From the IMG/VR virus record IMGVR_UViG_3300037247_000525: a stretch of DNA of 20,000 bases; one strand, 5' to 3'. This stretch comes from an uncultured virus (IMG/VR IMGVR_UViG_3300037247_000525) (lineage: Duplodnaviria; Heunggongvirae; Uroviricota; Caudoviricetes). How positions within the stretch are numbered: position 1 is the first letter of the stretch; each line of letters opens with the position of its first letter. The notes beneath the pieces are model-generated. The model searched no databases, was not told where the DNA came from, and worked only from the letters and a program-made list of their open reading frames with translations. Of the stretch, positions 15,215 through 20,000 are shown piece by piece. A program made the translations under genes and the position numbers.

Positions 15215-15315
15215 CAGATTTTGTCTGCCATCACGAACTTGTAGAGCCCGTAGAGGACTTGGGAGACCAGTAGCCCGGCGAACACGACGCACAGCGTTTG
15301 GTTGAAGGGTGTCAT
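15214..15315 (-). CDS. Small single-TM protein, 33 aa (not in ORF track)
   Basis: Manual translation MTPFNQTLCVVFAGLLVSQVLYGLYKFVMADKI*; fills the gap exactly. Confidence 0.55.
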   Translation of the reverse strand: MTPFNQTLCVVFAGLLVSQVLYGLYKFVMADKI

Positions 15316-15317
15316 GG

Positions 15318-15728
15318 CTAGAACGGCACGTCGTCGGTTGGAGCAGCGGATGCGCCGGGGCCTAGGTCGGACGGCGCAGCGGCTGTGTCGTCCCGCTTCC
15401 CGCCGACGAACTGGAACTTCTCGGCGACGACTTCCAGCTTCGAGCGGTTCTTGCCCGTCCCCTTGTCAATCCACGTGGAGAACTCCAGGCGGCCGTCGAT
15501 GAAGATCGGATCGCCCTTCGACAGGTACTCGTGGATGACTTCGCCGGCGCGGGCCCAGACCACGATGTCCACGAACACCACGCGCTCTTTCTTGACGCCG
15601 TCGCGGCTCGTGTACTTCTCGTTCACGGCCATGCCGAACTTGACGAGCGAAGTGTTCTTGCTGCCCACGCGGGTCAGCTCGGGGTCGCGGGTCAGGTAAC
15701 CCATCAACGTTACTCTATTGTACTGCAT
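15318..15728 (-). CDS. ssb: Single-stranded DNA-binding protein
   Basis: YNRVTLMGYLTRDPEL...YLSKGDPIFIDGRL...; acidic tail DDVPF; TATACT 6 nt before the ATG. Confidence 0.97.
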   Translation of the reverse strand: MQYNRVTLMGYLTRDPELTRVGSKNTSLVKFGMAVNEKYTSRDGVKKERVVFVDIVVWARAGEVIHEYLSKGDPIFIDGRLEFSTWIDKGTGKNRSKLEVVAEKFQFVGGKRDDTAAAPSDLGPGASAAPTDDVPF

Positions 15729-15770
15729 GTCGGAAGTATACCCCACGATCGTTGATCGTGCGTCGAGTGC

Positions 15771-16349
15771 TCAGGAATCGTTCGCTGCGTTTACACGCTG
15801 CATGATGTTCACCACGTGCAGGGCTTGGTGGTGCGCGTCGTCCAGGGCGTCGTGCTTCTTTCCAACGCGCAGTGGACGATCGTCTTCTACGCCGAACACC
15901 TTCACCAGCGTGCGCATGTCGCGCGGCTGCCGGTAGGTGAATTCGTACTCCACGCCCGCCCGTTCGCACGCCTGCCTCAGCCACCGCAGGTCGTCTTGTG
16001 GGCTGTTCGCCCACACGGTCCAGGCGTCGCCGCCGCTTCGAACCCATGCGAAGAACGCGCATAGCACGGTCTTCAGGTGCAGCGCGCACTCTTGGTCGAA
16101 CACCCCGCGCCGCGTCGTGCCGTCCTGCTTCAGCCACCACAGCAGGGTGTCGACGTCGATCTGCCCGAAGCCTTCGCTGTTCCACAGGACGTTCTGGCGG
16201 AACTCCCCGTACGGCGACGACGTCCAGCCGTTCGGCGCCTCGTCGCACGGAACCCAGTCGAATCGGACGGCGCCGACCTGGATGATGGCGGCGTTGTCGC
16301 CGGTGCTGAGGGTCTCGACGTCGAGCATGATGTGCGGTAGGTGTATCAT
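15771..16349 (-). CDS. DEDDh 3'-5' exonuclease (Rv2179c/DUF5051-like)
   Basis: MLDVETL, IIQVGAVRF, TLLWW, VWANSPQDD, RDMRTL and HDALDDA. Confidence 0.88.
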   Translation of the reverse strand: MIHLPHIMLDVETLSTGDNAAIIQVGAVRFDWVPCDEAPNGWTSSPYGEFRQNVLWNSEGFGQIDVDTLLWWLKQDGTTRRGVFDQECALHLKTVLCAFFAWVRSGGDAWTVWANSPQDDLRWLRQACERAGVEYEFTYRQPRDMRTLVKVFGVEDDRPLRVGKKHDALDDAHHQALHVVNIMQRVNAANDS

Positions 16350-16846
16350 GAGTCTTTCGTCCCCGGGAAGGCATCGCAAAACTGGATCGCCATGTCACGA
16401 GCCACGTCCGGATCCATGTCGTTGTGCGGTGGCACCTCAGCGAACCATCCACCTTCCGGTGGCGTAACGATTGCGCCGCCCAGCGATACCCCGGCGGCGC
16501 CCGGCCTTCCGACGGCGAACACGCGGGCGTACTTCACGCGGTTGTCCTGCGTCATGAACTCCGCGTTGTTTGGTAGCGTTAGGCCCATGGCGCGCACCAC
16601 CGCCCGCATGACGGGCATTTCAACGACCATGGTGAGGTACCGATCTCCGCCCATGGCACGTTCTTGGTCCGGGGTTGCCAGGGTATGCACCAACGTGCGC
16701 CCGTCTGAGCTGCTGCGGTCGACGACCAGCGTAGCCAAGTCTGGCTGTCCATCGCGGTTGATGATTTCCTGCTGAAGGATGCGGGAGCAAACGTCGGCGT
16801 GGGTCGACTTCACTAGTTGGTCAACCGTTAGGTGTTTTTGTGCCAT
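16346..16846 (-). CDS. Hypothetical protein, 166 aa
   Basis: MAQKHLTVDQ...; TGATG/ATGA coupling. Confidence 0.7.
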   Translation of the reverse strand: MAQKHLTVDQLVKSTHADVCSRILQQEIINRDGQPDLATLVVDRSSSDGRTLVHTLATPDQERAMGGDRYLTMVVEMPVMRAVVRAMGLTLPNNAEFMTQDNRVKYARVFAVGRPGAAGVSLGGAIVTPPEGGWFAEVPPHNDMDPDVARDMAIQFCDAFPGTKDS

Positions 16847-17043
16847 CAGGATTCCTTCTCGGCCTTGTTCATCAGCATGCAGGAGATCACGAGCATGAAC
16901 AGCGCAAGCGGCACCGTAATGTACCACGGTATCCAGCGCGCTTCAGCGCTACGCAGGTACTCTGCCTTGCCCACGATGTCCTGGGAGATACTGACCAGCG
17001 CAGCGTACGCCAGCCAGCCCGCGAGGAATGCGTACCACTTCAT
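16846..17043 (-). CDS. Two-TM membrane protein, 65 aa
   Basis: Two hydrophobic stretches; coupled. Confidence 0.7.
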   Translation of the reverse strand: MKWYAFLAGWLAYAALVSISQDIVGKAEYLRSAEARWIPWYITVPLALFMLVISCMLMNKAEKES

Positions 17044-17510
17044 CGAATTCGCCTACCGGCTTCCAGGATCGGCAAGCCGGCCTCGGTCGGGACGTAGATG
17101 GTATCGCCCTGGCGCTGCGTCAGGCTGTCGATCCACAGGTAGCGCAGGTATCCCTCGGGTCCGCCCAGGCCCTCGGCGATGATCTCGTTCGCCTTGGCCA
17201 CGCCGCCGGCGCGGATGACTTCGGCGTCAGCCTTGTGCTGCGCCGACTCCTTGATCGCCTTGGCTTCCTCGATTGCGATCTTGCGGGACTGCTCGGCCTC
17301 GGCGAGGCGCGCTTGCCCGGCCAAGCCCTTCTGCCACACGTTGTACTGCGGGCAGCCGTACATGGACAGCGCAATGAGGCCCAGGAAAAGGGTGATGCCG
17401 AAGCGCAAGCCTCGCTGCACGGCCAGGGCCACCAAGCCTTCCTTGACCGTTTTGGCGTCGGAGTAGGCGCCGTCGTCGTTGAACTTCTTCGGTACTTCGA
17501 TGGTGAACAT
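17040..17510 (-). CDS. Membrane-anchored SPFH/band-7-like coiled-coil protein
   Basis: TM segment followed by GCPQYNVWQ...AEVIRAGGVAKANEII...YLRYLWI...IYVPTEAGLPIL, resembling the C-terminal part of prohibitin-like phage proteins. Confidence 0.65.
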   Translation of the reverse strand: MFTIEVPKKFNDDGAYSDAKTVKEGLVALAVQRGLRFGITLFLGLIALSMYGCPQYNVWQKGLAGQARLAEAEQSRKIAIEEAKAIKESAQHKADAEVIRAGGVAKANEIIAEGLGGPEGYLRYLWIDSLTQRQGDTIYVPTEAGLPILEAGRRIR

Positions 17511-17531
17511 GGGTCTGTCTCCGGGTACGGG

Positions 17532-18536
17532 TTAGAAAATGTCCTTCATGGTGCGCTTCGCAGCCAAGGTCACCAGCTTCTGGAGCTTGGAGAAGTCGAC
17601 GACCGGGTTTTTGAATTTCTTCACAAACGCCCGCACCTCTTCCTGGATGAACTCCAGGTAGACGGTTCCAAGGAAGCGCGGGATGACCTTGTGGCGGTAC
17701 TTCTCGATGAACATGTCTCGCTCATCGTCGGTCCATGGCCGTAGGTCCGGCTCCACTTCGTCGGATACCAGCAACACCACCTTCGCGAACTCCTTGCGGA
17801 TGAACTCCGGCGTGCAGAACGCGGTGACGATCTCCTGCTCCACCTGCTTCGCGCCCTGCGTCGGCTTCATGCCGAACACCTTGGCGTTGTTTTCCTTGAA
17901 CTCGTTCCGCACGACCTTCGACCAGGGCTGGTGGCCGTGCTTGTTCGCCCACTCGTAGTTCTTCAGGATGATGCCCTCGCCCACGCCGCAGTCGTCCTGG
18001 ATCAGGTAGGTGTTCGTGGTGTCGCGCAGCCCAGCCAGCTGGTTTTCACCCGGGTTCTCGATGATCGCCAGCGGTGGGATCACGTCAATGCCCATAGAGT
18101 TCAGTCCTTCCGCGTACTCGCCGTATGGCAGGTACTTCTTGGTGACCCGAGAGAACACGTCGAAGACGTAGAAGCGGCGCCACGCATCCTCACGGTACGT
18201 CTTCAACGTGTGCGGCACGAGCCACTCGCCGTAGACGATCAGGTGGGGGAATTGCAGGACGAACGTGCGCAGCGCGATGGCACGCACGTCGTCGCCGTGG
18301 ACCCAGGCGTAGAAGCCGGCGTTGTCAGCTTCGGCGGACAGCACCCGCGCACGCGAGCCGCAGCACACCTCCGTAACACCCACACCAGCAAGGGCGGAGT
18401 CGTCGACCGGCTCGCTCCACACCGAGGCGTTCGTGCCGTCGATCTTGGGGAAGACGTAGACGGTGCCGAACGAGATGTCGACCACGTCGGGATGCTTCGA
18501 CCGTTCCAAATGATCGTATTTTCTGAAATCACTCAT
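17532..18536 (-). CDS. ATP-dependent RNA ligase (Rnl2-like)
   Basis: Nucleotidyltransferase motif I KIDGTN, III YGEW, IIIa FYVFDV, IV EGIILK, V KVV, plus a helical C-terminal domain. Confidence 0.85.
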   Translation of the reverse strand: MSDFRKYDHLERSKHPDVVDISFGTVYVFPKIDGTNASVWSEPVDDSALAGVGVTEVCCGSRARVLSAEADNAGFYAWVHGDDVRAIALRTFVLQFPHLIVYGEWLVPHTLKTYREDAWRRFYVFDVFSRVTKKYLPYGEYAEGLNSMGIDVIPPLAIIENPGENQLAGLRDTTNTYLIQDDCGVGEGIILKNYEWANKHGHQPWSKVVRNEFKENNAKVFGMKPTQGAKQVEQEIVTAFCTPEFIRKEFAKVVLLVSDEVEPDLRPWTDDERDMFIEKYRHKVIPRFLGTVYLEFIQEEVRAFVKKFKNPVVDFSKLQKLVTLAAKRTMKDIF

Positions 18537-18723
18537 GGGCCTGCCTCAGTGCCTCTGCTATCTTGCTCAGGATCTCCATCGCCGTTTCGTCCGTTTCGAT
18601 TTCAGCACCGGAGATCAACATGACCTGCGTTTTGCCGTTGAACTCATGCGGGGCCAACGCTGCGATCGTCTCCACGACGATGAAGATTCCACCCGTCTCG
18701 ATCACCAGCATCTTGTCAGTCAT
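18529..18723 (-). CDS. Hypothetical protein, 64 aa (weak FlbD/SwrD-like pattern)
   Basis: Beta-rich with TQVMLISGAEIETDETAMEILSKI ending; coupled. Confidence 0.6.
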   Translation of the reverse strand: MTDKMLVIETGGIFIVVETIAALAPHEFNGKTQVMLISGAEIETDETAMEILSKIAEALRQAHE

Positions 18724-19166
18724 TCTCCGCGCTCCATCATGACCTGCTCGCAGAACCTACAGTTGTAGATGTGGGACTGCCTGTCCGACGACAAGTGCTC
18801 CAGCTCTTCGTCCGGCTGGAGGCACATCGATCCAGGAAGTAGCTGCTGCACGCCGGCTATCTTGGGCGCTTGCTCGCTCCTGCCATGCCGCAGAGCCGGC
18901 TCGGGCCTTGTGCACACCGGGCCCAGGGGTGCTGGCGCGTCGGGCACCTCAATCGGGGGAGTGCAGCTACCTCCCTGCACTGGCTCATTGAACAACTGCG
19001 GCGGTCCTTCAGCAAGCGCGCGCTTCACCGCCTCGTCGATCATGCCCTGCATCACGCCCTCGATCTCGGAGAATATCAGGACGAAGTCGTCCAAGTTGCG
19101 GTTACGGGCAGCCATCTGAAGATAGTGCACGATGACTTCCGCGGCTTCTTCGGCTGCGGTTTTCAC
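18720..19166 (-). CDS. Hypothetical protein, 148 aa, C-terminal CxxC
   Basis: GTG start overlapping the upstream TGA (MKTAAEEAAEVIVHY...YNCRFCEQ). Confidence 0.65.
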   Translation of the reverse strand: MKTAAEEAAEVIVHYLQMAARNRNLDDFVLIFSEIEGVMQGMIDEAVKRALAEGPPQLFNEPVQGGSCTPPIEVPDAPAPLGPVCTRPEPALRHGRSEQAPKIAGVQQLLPGSMCLQPDEELEHLSSDRQSHIYNCRFCEQVMMERGE

Positions 19167-19357
19167 TGTACGGGCTCTTCGTGCGATCCGCCGTCGATGT
19201 TGTTCACGGTCACGGTCATCGGCCGCTGGTCCTCGACTTCGAGGATGGCCTTCAGGACGGCGCGCACGACCACGGGATCGGTGATCACGTCCACGTCTGT
19301 TTCGCTCGCGTATGGCTTGTCGGACTTCGGTACTTGGATGCGGATCTGTAGGTTCAT
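19163..19357 (-). CDS. Hypothetical protein, 64 aa
   Basis: MNLQIRIQVPK...; TGG-TAGACT box at 19382-19390 upstream. Confidence 0.65.
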   Translation of the reverse strand: MNLQIRIQVPKSDKPYASETDVDVITDPVVVRAVLKAILEVEDQRPMTVTVNNIDGGSHEEPVQ

Positions 19358-19416
19358 GGGTCTTGCGGGTTGAAGTGCGGAAGTCTACCACGTGCCGGCA
19401 GCCCTGCCGGAGAATT

Positions 19417-19734
19417 CTAGTCGAGTACCGAGGAAATCCATTCGGTCAGGAATCCAGGACCGTCGGGCGTTCGCCGCTCCGGCGCCTTCAGCAGCAGGTG
19501 CACCGCGGCGTCTACGCCGTCGGCGCCCGTCCACTCGTCGGTCCACATGGAGACGTAGTCGGGGATCACGCACGTCATGCCGGTCTGGTCGACGCCGTGC
19601 GGCGGGTTGCCGAGGCACACCGACTTCCATTCGAAGACGAAGTACGCCAGCAACAGGTTGAGGAGCCCGGGCTGGTTCTCGGCGATCCTGCCCAGGTTTT
19701 GCTTGGAAGGCCGCGTCACAGATAGCGTCTTCAT
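19417..19734 (-). CDS. Hypothetical protein, 105 aa
   Basis: MKTLSVTRPSK...; TATGCT 5 nt upstream. Confidence 0.65.
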   Translation of the reverse strand: MKTLSVTRPSKQNLGRIAENQPGLLNLLLAYFVFEWKSVCLGNPPHGVDQTGMTCVIPDYVSMWTDEWTGADGVDAAVHLLLKAPERRTPDGPGFLTEWISSVLD

Positions 19735-19748
19735 GCCAGAGCATACGC

Positions 19749-19907
19749 CTAGCCTGCCCCTTTCTCCAGCGGAACGATCTTCACGCGCCGTCCGTTGCGC
19801 GCGATGGTGGCGGCCCTTGCGATGGCCTCGTTTCGAGACCGAGCTGGAATGCGCACGGTCAGCCGATGCCGGCCCCGCTGCGACATGACGACCACTGTGT
19901 ATTTCAT
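19749..19907 (-). CDS. Small basic protein, 52 aa
   Basis: MKYTVVVMSQRG...; SD GAGGAG. Confidence 0.6.
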   Translation of the reverse strand: MKYTVVVMSQRGRHRLTVRIPARSRNEAIARAATIARNGRRVKIVPLEKGAG

Positions 19908-19999
19908 GGTCCACACTCCTCGCATTCTGCTCGCGCCCGCTTCAGTTGTTCGATGCCAAAGCCCCCCTCGCCAGCGCACGCCGGGCAAATCCCGCGCAG
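19904..19999 (-). CDS. C-terminal fragment of a Zn-finger protein (CxxCxGxG...CxxC)
   Basis: Manual translation LRGICPACAGEGGFGIEQLKRARAECEECGP*; ATGA-coupled; start lies outside the window. Confidence 0.5.
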   Translation of the reverse strand: MRGICPACAGEGGFGIEQLKRARAECEECGP

Positions 20000-20000
20000 C

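Noticed and set aside
196..19888. Most plus-strand ORFs and Arg/Pro-rich alternative minus-frame ORFs in the track
   Set aside because: They are shadow frames of high-GC genes that overlap well-supported minus-strand CDSs.
1..20000. Genome-wide TAG reassignment (code 15)
   Set aside because: TAG ends ssb right after DDVPF and also ends dnaN and terS; long genes contain no internal TAG.
1..20000. tRNA (including an amber suppressor), integrase or IS elements
   Set aside because: No cloverleaf or T-loop pattern, recombinase or transposase motifs seen by eye; tRNAscan was not run.

Overview
A 20 kb piece of a GC-rich tailed dsDNA phage (Caudoviricetes) or prophage. All but one gene are on the minus strand, and many are translationally coupled by ATGA/GTGA/TGATG overlaps. 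In transcription order (right to left) it holds: small hypotheticals, an Rnl2-type RNA ligase, an SPFH/band-7-like membrane protein, a DEDDh 3'-5' exonuclease, SSB, a stand-alone GGDEF diguanylate cyclase, and a putative lysis cluster whose holin-like gene is split by an in-frame TAG. Next come a terminator and a 6-copy GTTCCAAGT repeat array, an accessory/early operon (very acidic 294-aa protein, beta sliding clamp), one plus-strand basic ORF, an AT-rich repeat region, TerS, a repeat-rich spacer, TerL, a 9-gene small-ORF insert, the portal and a truncated probable virion gene. The SSB sequence looks Planctomycetota/PVC-like, a tentative host hint from memory only. Non-coding signals include a recurrent TA(T/G)(G/A)CT -10 box often 5-6 nt before an ATG (leaderless-type promoters), ten copies of GTGTAAAC, two ACGGT arrays and a candidate structured sRNA. 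Family calls come from motif recognition, not database searches.
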